64,000 bases of DNA from a virus, in IMG/VR virus record IMGVR_UViG_3300005529_000024, positions 32,001-96,000 of that record; one strand, written 5' to 3'. The notes beneath the pieces were generated by a model that saw only the letters and a list, made by a program, of their open reading frames with translations, did no database searches and was not told the DNA's origin. Position 1 is the first letter of the stretch. Every line of letters starts with the position of its first letter. A program made the position numbers and the translations under genes. Positions 28,101 to 37,837 of the stretch are shown in pieces.

Positions 28101-28133
28101 TAATATTAAATCATAAAAGTAAGGAGATTTACC

Positions 28134-28655
28134 GTGGCTGAAACATCTATGTTCGCGGATCATATTGCTCATTCACCAAACAAGTTTGAGCCTCAGCGTC
28201 AGCATCAGTTCCTTGTTGAAATCGAACTTGATGAGCCGACAAAGAGACTTATCACTTTATCGTTGATGCGAGCATTTGTTCCTACAATGACTAACGATGA
28301 GATCTCAATTCCATATCTGAACGAAATTGTGTATGTTGCTGGTAAGTACACACCTACTGATCAGAACGTGGAAATTGTTGATTATATCGATGAAGACTCT
28401 CAACAGCTTATCTATAACTGGAAAACTCAGGTCTACGATCCCACTACCGGGTTTATCGGTGCAGCAGCTTCCTATAAGAAACGTGCTAACATTCTGCTCC
28501 TATCTCCTGATGGTCAGAAGGTCCGCACTTGGGAACTTCTGGGTGTCTGGCCTAAGAGTGTGAACTTTGGAGCACTCGAAATGGGTAGTACTGATTCGGT
28601 TAAGATCGAAATGACTCTAAGGTACGATAAAGCCAAATATCTTGGAAGAAGCTAA
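28134..28655 (+). CDS. Tail tube protein (gp19-like)
   Basis: FEPQRQ..F, YKK, W.L.GVWP..V.FG.L, L.YD. Confidence 0.9.
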   Translation: MAETSMFADHIAHSPNKFEPQRQHQFLVEIELDEPTKRLITLSLMRAFVPTMTNDEISIPYLNEIVYVAGKYTPTDQNVEIVDYIDEDSQQLIYNWKTQVYDPTTGFIGAAASYKKRANILLLSPDGQKVRTWELLGVWPKSVNFGALEMGSTDSVKIEMTLRYDKAKYLGRS

Positions 28656-28660
28656 AATAT

Positions 28661-28691
28661 TATCCTAACAGGCGAGGAAATGCGTCTTGCA
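28661..28691 (+). promoter_or_regulatory. Putative phage-specific promoter, copy 2 (inside a long hairpin)
   Basis: TATCCTAAC-N12-GCGTCTTGCA. Confidence 0.6.
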
Positions 28692-28693
28692 TA

Positions 28694-28882
28694 ATGAACG
28701 TGTTTCCTCGCCTGGAAAGGTTTACCATGTCCTGTAGTAACGAATTATTCGATGAATACGGGCTAGGGGATGAGGATCATCATCGTATTAAACGCGATAA
28801 GCGTATAAAAATTAAGCATAGTAGCCAACATGCAGGAAAATTAAAACGTAAGAAGCAGCATAAGCAGAAACACACCAAATAG
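28694..28882 (+). CDS. Small basic protein (probable start at ATG near 28727)
   Basis: K/R/H-rich; GGAAAGG before second ATG. Confidence 0.4.
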   Translation: MNVFPRLERFTMSCSNELFDEYGLGDEDHHRIKRDKRIKIKHSSQHAGKLKRKKQHKQKHTK

Positions 28883-29016
28883 CTTTATCAATTTAGGCAC
28901 TCAGATTATAGACCTATCGCCTATTATTACTTGTTTTGTTTTTTGTTCCGGTATTATTTATTTTAGTAAGGAGTCTTTATATATCGTCTTATAAGGATTA
29001 AAGTTTTGAGGTATTA

Positions 29017-29682
29017 ATGTCACGACTGACTATGTTCGGTGAGCACATTGCTAATAGTGCTCTAGGCGGCGTTGTAGGTTCTCTGTTGTTTGAGCCTCAG
29101 CGTAATTATAATTTCTCTGTCGAAATTGATCTGGGTACACCACCAACAGTTTTCGGTGTCCCTTTGTCTGTCAACGCAAATCTTGGTGGACAGGATTTTG
29201 GTAAAATTGGTGTTCCTTCTTTAGATCAGGAAGTAGTTGATTTGGCTCTTGATTCTGCTTTTCTGCCAAAAGTTTCTTTCGACGTTAAAGAGGTTCGAGA
29301 TGTAAACCAACCTACGTATATGGCTGGTTTCGCTAACACTGAACCTGGTCGTCTTGTTGTTCGTGACTTTATTCTGTTGCCTGTTATGAACACAGTTCAT
29401 AAGTGGATGAAGTCTGTTTATGATTTTGAAACAGACACTCCTGGATTGCCAGATGAGTATAAGAAGTCTGCACATATTCTTTTATTGGGACCTTTCGGTA
29501 CTCCTGAACGTATCTGGAATCTAACAGGCGTGTGGCCTTCTAAGATTGATTTCGGAAATCTTGATATGGCCGATAACAATATGGTCAAGATATCGCTTGA
29601 ACTTCAGTATGATTCTGCTGTGTATGTAGGCTCAATTGAGCTTGCTGCTATACAGGCTGGATTGTCCAAAGTTTTGGGGTAG
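29017..29682 (+). CDS. Second tail-tube-like protein
   Basis: Paralog of 28134: FEPQRNYNF, YKKSA.I.LL.P.G, W.L.GVWP. Confidence 0.85.
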   Translation: MSRLTMFGEHIANSALGGVVGSLLFEPQRNYNFSVEIDLGTPPTVFGVPLSVNANLGGQDFGKIGVPSLDQEVVDLALDSAFLPKVSFDVKEVRDVNQPTYMAGFANTEPGRLVVRDFILLPVMNTVHKWMKSVYDFETDTPGLPDEYKKSAHILLLGPFGTPERIWNLTGVWPSKIDFGNLDMADNNMVKISLELQYDSAVYVGSIELAAIQAGLSKVLG

Positions 29683-29702
29683 ACTAGATAAGGAGAAAGA
29701 AA

Positions 29703-30443
29703 ATGGCAGACCCGTTATATTCAACTGAAACGATTGTACTTCCTTCGAGAGGTGTCCTTTATGGTGACGCTATTCCAGAAGGTAAGGTTACAATTCGTAA
29801 TCTTACAACCCAAGAGGAAAAGCTTTTATCCTCATCAAAAGCATCTGCTGGTAATGCTTTTGATAAGATTATTTCTCTCTGTGTTGTATCGCCTAAAGTT
29901 GATACTGATATTCTTCTAAGCACAGATAAGTTTTTTATCTTCATGGCGCTTCGCTGGATTACTTATGGACCAACGTATAAGTTTGATATCCAGTGTTCAG
30001 ATTGTAGATTCTCGTTTAATCATCAAGTCAATCTTACAGAGTTTACGATTAAGAACCTTGATGATACTGTTAAAGAACCTTTTGCTGTTAAGCTTCCAAA
30101 AGCTAATGTGACCGTGGGATTGCGTTTACTTCGTGGTGGTGATGAGCGAGCGATCAAAGATTATGAGACTCAAAAGCTGAGACATAATCCAGATGGTGGT
30201 GATGGGTATATTTATAGAATCGCTCGTAGTATTGTCTCCGTTGATAACACAGCAATCAGCATTCAGAATGCGCTTGCTTTTGTTGAAAGGCTTCATGGAT
30301 TAGATTCATCGGTTATTCAGAATGAGCTTGAGAAATATGATTCTGGTATCGTTCCAGCAATCGAAGCTGACTGTCCGAGATGTAGTAATCATATGTCTAT
30401 GTTGATGCCACTGACGCCCGAATTTTTTCGCGCAAGAAATTGA
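29703..30443 (+). CDS. Baseplate hub assembly / tail chaperone (T4 gp26-like)
   Basis: LPSRG..Y, EEKLL, two CxxC, ends EFFR. Confidence 0.85.
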   Translation: MADPLYSTETIVLPSRGVLYGDAIPEGKVTIRNLTTQEEKLLSSSKASAGNAFDKIISLCVVSPKVDTDILLSTDKFFIFMALRWITYGPTYKFDIQCSDCRFSFNHQVNLTEFTIKNLDDTVKEPFAVKLPKANVTVGLRLLRGGDERAIKDYETQKLRHNPDGGDGYIYRIARSIVSVDNTAISIQNALAFVERLHGLDSSVIQNELEKYDSGIVPAIEADCPRCSNHMSMLMPLTPEFFRARN

Positions 30444-30474
30444 GAACATAGATGATATCAACTCTGAGATATTC

Positions 30475-30660
30475 ATGCTTGTTTATCATACAAGTATGAC
30501 TTACTCAGATGTACTCTCTATGACAGTAAACGAACGTCATGCGTTCATCAAGCAACTTAGAGAACAAAAAGAAGCAGAATCCAATGCAACAAAACCACAA
30601 AAAGGAGAATCAGGTAATGGAAGAAAAGGTAGAGGCGCTTCAGCAACAAGAACTTTCTAA
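30475..30660 (+). CDS. gp51-like tail chaperone segment (probably made by frameshift; frame open from 30415)
   Basis: EIFMLVYH..MTYSDVLSM...ER..FIKQL. Confidence 0.6.
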   Translation: MLVYHTSMTYSDVLSMTVNERHAFIKQLREQKEAESNATKPQKGESGNGRKGRGASATRTF

Positions 30661-30982
30661 TTCAGATCTTTTTCCTTCGTATTCAGAACCTATACAGGTC
30701 GAAGTTGTCGAGGAGAAAAAAGAGGAACCTGTTAAACTCAAGAAGATTAGGCCAGCAGTTCATATTGTTCATTGTGTTGTATGCAAGAATCTAACAGGTT
30801 GGCCGTTTACAAAAGCGGAATTAGATGATCCTGAGCGGAGAATTAGACGTACTGTTAAGCGTTATAAGGTACGCCAAACTGGACAGAAGGTATATATCTG
30901 TACGCATTGTGAAAAACGACGAAGAGTAGATCCAGGTGTTTACGAACGGTATCCTAGAAAGCGAAAACATTCAGTAGCTTAG
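30617..30982 (+). CDS. Zn-finger protein
   Basis: CVVC..CTHC; AGGAG upstream of ATG 30617. Confidence 0.55.
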   Translation: MEEKVEALQQQELSNSDLFPSYSEPIQVEVVEEKKEEPVKLKKIRPAVHIVHCVVCKNLTGWPFTKAELDDPERRIRRTVKRYKVRQTGQKVYICTHCEKRRRVDPGVYERYPRKRKHSVA

Positions 30983-30985
30983 CTG

Positions 30986-31014
30986 TTGACAAACAGCTTC
31001 TTTTATGCTATAGT
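30986..31014 (+). promoter_or_regulatory. Sigma70-type promoter
   Basis: TTGACA-N17-TATAGT with TG extension. Confidence 0.8.
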
Positions 31015-31022
31015 ATCAGTAG

Positions 31023-31361
31023 GTGGAGAAGGATATGAAAAGCATAAAAGAAAACCTGGTTCTTAAAAATAGCTATCGGAAGGAAACAGTAGAAATATCA
31101 ACTGTTTCGGAAGATACTGCCTATCCTTGGTATAGCATCCGTCCTGGATTTTTTACCACTTTCTTGATTGGCTTTTTAGCTCTGTGCGGTTTCTTCTTTA
31201 CCGTATTGTACATGTATGTCTATTATCCAGTTGCCTTGTTTGTTACCATATTTTTTCTTGTGAACGGGTATCTGTATTATATCGTTAGCGAGGCAACAGG
31301 CATTCCTGTTGTGCCTTTAATTTTTCTGAAAGAGTTTATATCGTCAAGATTCAAGGATTGA
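31023..31361 (+). CDS. Membrane protein (moron-like)
   Basis: 2-3 TM helices; own promoter. Confidence 0.65.
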   Translation: MEKDMKSIKENLVLKNSYRKETVEISTVSEDTAYPWYSIRPGFFTTFLIGFLALCGFFFTVLYMYVYYPVALFVTIFFLVNGYLYYIVSEATGIPVVPLIFLKEFISSRFKD

Positions 31362-31429
31362 GATCCACCCTCCTGATCCAAAGATTTTGTCTACGGTAAT
31401 TCCTTTCTACTTGGAATAACTTCACTACA

Positions 31430-33406
31430 ATGGGAAAACAAACGAACATCGCAATAAATTATTTATTGCAGGTGCGCGATTTAGCGTCAAAACATTTTAC
31501 CAATGTCTCTAAATCGCAAGAAAACCTATTAAAGCTAAGTAAGGCTGGTGTCGGCGTTAACTATCAATATAGTCGATCCTTTGCCACTTATGTTGACCCA
31601 CAGCTACAGTTAGCTGCTCATAATGCTGATGAGTTGTCCAATAAATTGAATAATGCTCAGAAGGGCATGGCAGATTTTGAAAGAAGCGGTAAGGGATTTA
31701 ATAGCATTCTAAAATTTGGAAAAGACGCTTTAGCTGCTAGTGCTATTGCTGCTGCACATTTGGGTGATGTTGTTGTACATACTGCTGCACAAACCCAATT
31801 GTCCACAAAAGAGCAATACGCTTTGAATAGATCTATCCTTGAATCGATGGGCAACTTTCATAAGATGCACATCTCAGCTAAGGATCTTGGTGAAGCTGTA
31901 AATTCCGCCCAGGTTACTTTTGGTCTTGGTGCTAAAAAATCTCTAGCTCTTGGTGATGCTGCTGTAATAGCTGGACGTAATCTTGGTGTTGGTGCTGAAT
32001 CCATTGTTAAGAATCTTGGCAATATTGCTGTCCAAGGCAATCTTAATGAAGCTCAGATTAAGCAATTAGGTTATGATTACACTACATTTGGGCGACTTCT
32101 AAGTAGGGATATTGCTGTTGGGCTGAATAATCTTTCAGAGTCAGAAAAAGCTCTTATTGAAAAGCATAAAGTTAGTGCTAGCTCTATTTTAGCTGTAAAG
32201 GGAGCGTTTGAAAAGTGGAATGTTCCCTCAGATGCTGCTGCCAAATTGACCGAGGCTATGACTGGTCATCTGGATTCATTTGTAGATATCCTAAAAAAGA
32301 GTGGTGTAACTCTTACTGATAATCAGCAAAAACTTTTAAGTCAGCAAGTTGCTCAGGGTAATCTGACTGGAGCTACTAAGCTTTTAGTTGAGAATACAGA
32401 TAAACTTGTTAAGTTCATGGACAGAGGTGGTCAAGCTGCAAGCGAAGTCGCTGCTGTTTTCGGTGACAACCTTGATGTATTACGTGATCAGAACTTACAT
32501 TCAAAGAAACTTGCTTCCACTCTTGGTGAGCTTGAAAAAGCATTAGGCAATCAGAGTAATGAAGCCAAGACTGCTATTGATCGTGCTAGAGATATGAGCG
32601 ATGCATGGGATCTTTTAGGAGAGTCACTTAAAACTACTCTCGGTCTTAAGCTTACTGACTGGACTGAGACGATTAATACATCTCTTCAGAGTGTGCGTGG
32701 TTTCCTTTATGAAGTTGTAAGCGGTGCTCAGGCTATACCTACTGCTTTCGTGGCTATGACTCCAGTTATTTTAGGTGTGCTAACTAGTTGGGGATCTAAG
32801 CTTAAGAATTTTGGTGGTGCTATCTGGTCTACTATAACAGGTGTCGGTAAGCAGGGTATAACAGCCGCTGCTGAACTTACACAACCTATTGTCAAAGGTC
32901 TTGAGAAAGCTGCTCCGAAATTATATGATGCATATGGTCGTGTGATTGAAGAAGCAACAACTAAAGTTGCTCCAAAGGTAGCATCTAAGATTCCAATGTT
33001 AGCACGAGCAGGTAAAGTGGCTAGTGCTGCCGGTGAAGCTGTTAACCCTGTCATGTGGGGATATCTTCTTGGAAGTGTGATCCAGCATGCTCAGAAACAG
33101 ACTGGTACGCTTCTTCCTCCTCAAACGATGATCGGGGATCTTCTTGCTGAGAAATATGAGCAAAGGTTAATAGCTCAACAGGAAGCTGCTCGTAAGCCAG
33201 GTAGTCGTATACTTCCGGCTGTCGCTGCACAAGAGAGTAATTTCTTGGTCTCTTTACTTGAGCGTATGCTTGCATCTGATGATCAATTTTATAGTGCGAT
33301 TAGCGACTCTTTAAATAAAGTCGTAAATCATACAAAAACAACTGCGGAGAATACAGGTGTTCAACCCGATCCAGGGCTTGCTGCTATGGGTGGAGGAGTT
33401 CGTTAA
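31430..33406 (+). CDS. Tape measure protein
   Basis: 658 aa, Ala/Gly-rich helical; lies after chaperones and before baseplate genes. Confidence 0.7.
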   Translation: MGKQTNIAINYLLQVRDLASKHFTNVSKSQENLLKLSKAGVGVNYQYSRSFATYVDPQLQLAAHNADELSNKLNNAQKGMADFERSGKGFNSILKFGKDALAASAIAAAHLGDVVVHTAAQTQLSTKEQYALNRSILESMGNFHKMHISAKDLGEAVNSAQVTFGLGAKKSLALGDAAVIAGRNLGVGAESIVKNLGNIAVQGNLNEAQIKQLGYDYTTFGRLLSRDIAVGLNNLSESEKALIEKHKVSASSILAVKGAFEKWNVPSDAAAKLTEAMTGHLDSFVDILKKSGVTLTDNQQKLLSQQVAQGNLTGATKLLVENTDKLVKFMDRGGQAASEVAAVFGDNLDVLRDQNLHSKKLASTLGELEKALGNQSNEAKTAIDRARDMSDAWDLLGESLKTTLGLKLTDWTETINTSLQSVRGFLYEVVSGAQAIPTAFVAMTPVILGVLTSWGSKLKNFGGAIWSTITGVGKQGITAAAELTQPIVKGLEKAAPKLYDAYGRVIEEATTKVAPKVASKIPMLARAGKVASAAGEAVNPVMWGYLLGSVIQHAQKQTGTLLPPQTMIGDLLAEKYEQRLIAQQEAARKPGSRILPAVAAQESNFLVSLLERMLASDDQFYSAISDSLNKVVNHTKTTAENTGVQPDPGLAAMGGGVR

Positions 33407-33409
33407 TAA

Positions 33410-34180
33410 ATGGCTACAAATCCTAATCCTTTATCGGGTACACGCCTAAGTACTCCGTTGGCTGATATTGCGTATATCGCGTTGGTTGATCCTAACGCGA
33501 TGCCTGCTGTATTTCCAAGATTCATTAAATTTCAGTATATGCCAGAAAGTATTGGCGAGAATAAATCTGCAAATTGGCAGTATATTGATATACTCGGTAG
33601 ATCAGAACCTATTCGTTTTTATTCCAGCAGCGGTCCAAGAAGTATTAATCTTTGCCTAACGTTTCATGCTTTGTCTAGTCGTATTGATGATGTCGAGCTT
33701 AAGATCAGATTTCTAAGATCTCTTGTCTATCCTGATTATCAGGCGTCTAAGTCAACAAATACTCCGTTTCCTCCTCCGGTTATTCTACTCAAAATCGGTG
33801 AGTGGCTTAAGATGCGTTCCATCGTTACGAACATATCCGTGAACAGAAGCGGACCATGGGAGCCAGATACTCTATATCCAACCTGTGCTGAAGTGTCATT
33901 AGATATACAAGAACTTAACGTAGATCCTTTCGATGCAACAGATGTATTTTTCGGTGATGATATGACAAGCTTTCCTGTCGAAAAGCAGGTCACATCATCT
34001 GCAACACCCGCTGCATCAAATGGTGGTAATCTAGCTGCTCAACAAAGTGTTCTTGGGAATATCGTTAGTGTTTTGGGTGCTGGTGCTGCTGTGGCCGCTG
34101 GTGTAGTGGGCGCTGTTGGTACTGTCTCTGCTGCTACAAACGCAATCCAAAATGCTGCTAAAGCATTAAAGAGTAAATAG
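33410..34180 (+). CDS. Baseplate tube-initiator protein (gp48/gp54-like)
   Basis: FQYMPE.I...K.ANW....ILGRSEP..Y..SG.R; LVYP; PPP...L.IG. Confidence 0.75.
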   Translation: MATNPNPLSGTRLSTPLADIAYIALVDPNAMPAVFPRFIKFQYMPESIGENKSANWQYIDILGRSEPIRFYSSSGPRSINLCLTFHALSSRIDDVELKIRFLRSLVYPDYQASKSTNTPFPPPVILLKIGEWLKMRSIVTNISVNRSGPWEPDTLYPTCAEVSLDIQELNVDPFDATDVFFGDDMTSFPVEKQVTSSATPAASNGGNLAAQQSVLGNIVSVLGAGAAVAAGVVGAVGTVSAATNAIQNAAKALKSK

Positions 34181-34188
34181 GATAAACT

Positions 34189-34545
34189 ATGTCTAATCCA
34201 AGCTTACCAGAACTAAAGCCAGTACAAACGTCTCCATTTGTATCACGCGATAGTATGTTCAATAACGCAAAGCTATACGTAGACGATGGTAGTAATCAGT
34301 TTTTCTCATTCACGAAGAACATATCTTTCCCTGAATCACAGACTGATAGCTTTCATGTTGTTCAAGCTGGAGAGGTTAATAGGTTAGATATTATCTCAAA
34401 TAATTTCTACCAGACACCTAATCTATGGTGGGTTATTGCTGTAGCAAATAATATTGTCAATCCATTTTCTGATGTGTATGTTGGCAAGCCTTTGAGAATT
34501 CCTGATATCGCAATTGTCCGAGCATCAACAGCAGTACAATCATAA
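34189..34545 (+). CDS. LysM-like baseplate wedge protein (gp53-like)
   Basis: RLDIIS..FY..P.LWWVIA.AN.I.NPF...G..LRIP. Confidence 0.85.
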   Translation: MSNPSLPELKPVQTSPFVSRDSMFNNAKLYVDDGSNQFFSFTKNISFPESQTDSFHVVQAGEVNRLDIISNNFYQTPNLWWVIAVANNIVNPFSDVYVGKPLRIPDIAIVRASTAVQS

Positions 34546-34554
34546 GAGTAAATT

Positions 34555-35946
34555 ATGCCATTATCCGTAGTTCAGTTTCCAAAGATTATCGGCAAGGTTT
34601 ATAAGCCGCCTCAACCAGCACTTCCTATTGCGAAGATTGAGTTTCCCAAAGGATCGTTACTGGCACCTACGAATAGCATTATTCTTCCTGGATTACCAAA
34701 TTCTTCTATATCTGGTTCTCCACAAGGATTGGTAGATTTCCGGTATGAGGATATCGTAAACGCTGTACATCGATGTAGTTTCACATTAGAGGATGTAGAC
34801 GGTACGCTTGAATCTCTTATCATAGCAAATAGAGAAAGTATATTCATTAGCTTTGGGTATTCCGGGTTTCCAACTGATTTTTCTACGGGGTTGGACTTTA
34901 CTATCGGTAATGTCGATTTTACTCCACGTAGGGAATTTCAGATCGTTAAGTTTCAACCTACGTTCACTGGATCAACAGTTACTCTTCAGATGGAGTGTTT
35001 GTCAAAGAAGCTTGTTCCTTCTCTATTGGAAGCTGTGACTAATGAATCCTATAAGGGTCTTGAAATTTCTACGATTGTTCATGCTTTGGCTGCAAAGAAT
35101 AATTGGTTAGGTCCTGATGGACTTCCATTGTATATCGAGCCTACTAAGACACCAGCAGATAAGGTAACTTCTCCTGATGGAAGTAATACCCTATATTTTA
35201 GGAATAATGGTCTTACTGATATCGCGTTTATTAAGCAGACGCTTTTGCCTATGGCATACTCGGCGGTTGCTCAAGAGAATGGGTATATCTTTTACTTAGA
35301 TCCTGATTATGGTGTTTATTTCGCTCCAGTAGGACGCATTGTAAATCCAACAACTCATCAAGCTGTTATATCTAAGGATGGTACTGCTCCTCCGGTTCGT
35401 GTTTACACAAACCGTGGTCCTGATGCTACCATAACGAGTTGGCAACCAGATATTCGCGGGGCTGTCGAATTATACAACGGCGCGGGGCAATTGAATCTGG
35501 TTAAAGTAGATCCTTACTCTGTTCTTCAGCACGAAACTATCTCATATATTAAGCAGAGTAATCAGGGTAAGCAATCTTCTCTCCCTGGTGGGCCTGGTAG
35601 TAAGACACAATCAGATGTTGACGCCAAACGTTTTCTGCATCATACGAAATCTACGAAAGAGCGTATAGAAATATACGGACAAGCAATCTGGAGATCGATG
35701 CACGATAAAATGTGGCAAGGTACTTTACGAACGGTTCTTGATCCGAGTATCAAAGCACGTGATACGATATTCCTAATTATACGAAGACCTAATGGGGATA
35801 TTCATTATACTTCCGGGCCATATTGGATTTCTAAGGTGACTCATAGTATTAGTTCTAACGAAGCTTACTCAATCTTTGATCTATACCGTCCCGGTCTTCC
35901 ATCTGACTTTCAAGGTCAAGGTACTGAGAATATACCAACAGGATAG
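34555..35946 (+). CDS. Baseplate hub protein (gp27/GPD-like)
   Basis: FGY, TD..F...L, DP.I....I, SG.Y.I.KVTH.I. Confidence 0.7.
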   Translation: MPLSVVQFPKIIGKVYKPPQPALPIAKIEFPKGSLLAPTNSIILPGLPNSSISGSPQGLVDFRYEDIVNAVHRCSFTLEDVDGTLESLIIANRESIFISFGYSGFPTDFSTGLDFTIGNVDFTPRREFQIVKFQPTFTGSTVTLQMECLSKKLVPSLLEAVTNESYKGLEISTIVHALAAKNNWLGPDGLPLYIEPTKTPADKVTSPDGSNTLYFRNNGLTDIAFIKQTLLPMAYSAVAQENGYIFYLDPDYGVYFAPVGRIVNPTTHQAVISKDGTAPPVRVYTNRGPDATITSWQPDIRGAVELYNGAGQLNLVKVDPYSVLQHETISYIKQSNQGKQSSLPGGPGSKTQSDVDAKRFLHHTKSTKERIEIYGQAIWRSMHDKMWQGTLRTVLDPSIKARDTIFLIIRRPNGDIHYTSGPYWISKVTHSISSNEAYSIFDLYRPGLPSDFQGQGTENIPTG

Positions 35947-35948
35947 CG

Positions 35949-36755
35949 ATGAATATTGAAGAAGATAACAAAGGGAATAAGCGGGTTTATCAACCTAACA
36001 AAGCTTATGGATTATACCTTGGATATTGCGAGCAAAATGATGATCCGCTTGTAATGGGTCGTATAAAGGTTCGTATACCTGAGTTTCATGGTCCACGTCT
36101 TAATAATCCTGATGCACAGGAGCAAGATTCTTTACCTGTTGATGCTATTCCTTGGGCGTTACCTTGTTTCAGAAATAAAGGTGAGTATGCTATCCCAGAG
36201 GTTGGTGATCCGGTGTGGGTAGCTCCAGAAGGTACGGATATCGATAGGTGGGTATGGCTTGGTGTTATACAACCACTCTTCAATAAAGATTCTATTTTTG
36301 GTGGTAATGGAGATCAATCTACTGTACCTATCGAGGCGAAGCAATCATTACGCGCTAGCAATAAGAAGCCTCAAGTAAGGGAATTCAAAACGACTGGAGG
36401 TCATTATGTTATCCTTGATGATGCTCCTGGTAAGCAACGAATAGAGATTCACACAGCGAATGGGCATATAATCAAGCTTGATGATAACAGCGGAAAAGTC
36501 ACCATACATTCTACTGGTGATGCTGATGTAACGGTTACTGGAAAGGCTACTGTTGATGTAGGGGATGAAGCTGATATCACAGTAGGCGGTGATGTAAAGT
36601 TAGTCGCATCAGGAAATGTCGAAGTCACATCTCCATTTGTAAAGCTGCATAACTCAGTAATATTCCCTGGCAACATAGTGACAGATAATCCTGTGAACAA
36701 CGATCCCATAACCGGGATTCCGTTACAAGGAAATACTCAGAATCCTGTGGATTAA
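35949..36755 (+). CDS. Baseplate central spike (gp5/gpV-like OB fold plus beta helix)
   Basis: DDP..MGRIKVRIP, PWA.P, PEVGD.VWV, T.GGH...LDD.PG. Confidence 0.9.
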   Translation: MNIEEDNKGNKRVYQPNKAYGLYLGYCEQNDDPLVMGRIKVRIPEFHGPRLNNPDAQEQDSLPVDAIPWALPCFRNKGEYAIPEVGDPVWVAPEGTDIDRWVWLGVIQPLFNKDSIFGGNGDQSTVPIEAKQSLRASNKKPQVREFKTTGGHYVILDDAPGKQRIEIHTANGHIIKLDDNSGKVTIHSTGDADVTVTGKATVDVGDEADITVGGDVKLVASGNVEVTSPFVKLHNSVIFPGNIVTDNPVNNDPITGIPLQGNTQNPVD

Positions 36756-36757
36756 AA

Positions 36758-37366
36758 ATGGCATTAAGTGTTAGTGTTCTAGACGGATTATTACAAACGA
36801 ATTTGCAATCACGCTTAGCTCCATATAATTTTGGGGTGCCCGGTATTAGTTTTACTGACTTTACACATGCTGTAGCTTTCGGTATCGTCACAAATATTGT
36901 TGGTTCGACTTTCATAACAGTGGATACAGGGTCTGTAGCTGGTAGTGGTGTTGGTGCTGGAGTTGGTATCGTAGGTCTTAACCAAGCTGCATTGAGTAGT
37001 TTGATTTATGCAAACTGTTCCAGTTTATGGGGAACAACAGGAGTAAGACTTCAAGATTTTACCGATGCGATTGCTCAATCTGTTGTCACGCACTTATTAG
37101 CAGCAACCCTTACAAGTACACATTCTCCTGTTTATGCCGGTACTGGAGTTGTCTCGTTTGCTCTAAGTTCTATGAATCAATCTGCTATGGCATCAAGTAT
37201 TCAGAATGCAAATACATTTAATGGACCACTTTGGTCCAGATGGTGTACAGCGATAGCTAATGGCGTAGTTAGTCATATTAAATCTGTGGGCACTGGTATT
37301 GTAACGATAACAGGCTCTGGCTCTGGTGGATCTGGTAGCGGTAGTGGTACTGGAGTTGTTTCATGA
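36758..37366 (+). CDS. Gly-rich baseplate-associated protein with internal helical repeats
   Basis: F..A[VI]A..[IV]V.H repeated three times. Confidence 0.5.
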   Translation: MALSVSVLDGLLQTNLQSRLAPYNFGVPGISFTDFTHAVAFGIVTNIVGSTFITVDTGSVAGSGVGAGVGIVGLNQAALSSLIYANCSSLWGTTGVRLQDFTDAIAQSVVTHLLAATLTSTHSPVYAGTGVVSFALSSMNQSAMASSIQNANTFNGPLWSRWCTAIANGVVSHIKSVGTGIVTITGSGSGGSGSGSGTGVVS

Positions 37367-37378
37367 GGAATTTGATTT

Positions 37379-37828
37379 ATGGCAATTCGATGCCTATCTG
37401 TACAATTAGCACAGCAAACTTTTCAGTTTACAAAACAATTGGGCACACCTCCCTTTATTTATAATGGGCCTGGTTTTCCTATCACAAATAATCCGCAAGG
37501 CTTCCTTCAGTTTAAAACAGATGTAGCTTTGGTTGTCGATAGTATCACACAGATTTTGGGTACGCGAAAAGGTGAACGTTTGCGTGTTCCTACTTTCGGT
37601 TCTGTTTTAAGTCAGCTTCAGTTTGAACCTGATGATCAGGTACTCGCTGATTTAGCTGCATCCAATATAGCTGACGCGCTGCATCAATGGGAACCAAGAC
37701 TTCGTTTGCAGCAAGTAACTGCTACTGTAGTACCTGGAGAGATGCCTACATTACAGATTGTTATTTCCGGTACTCTAACGAAGCTCGCATTACCAGTTAC
37801 TCTTAGATATGAGATGAATATATCCTAG
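37379..37828 (+). CDS. Baseplate wedge protein (gp25/gpW-like)
   Basis: ILGTRKGER..P.FGS.L..L.FEP; WEPR. Confidence 0.93.
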   Translation: MAIRCLSVQLAQQTFQFTKQLGTPPFIYNGPGFPITNNPQGFLQFKTDVALVVDSITQILGTRKGERLRVPTFGSVLSQLQFEPDDQVLADLAASNIADALHQWEPRLRLQQVTATVVPGEMPTLQIVISGTLTKLALPVTLRYEMNIS

Positions 37829-37837
37829 GATTTAATA

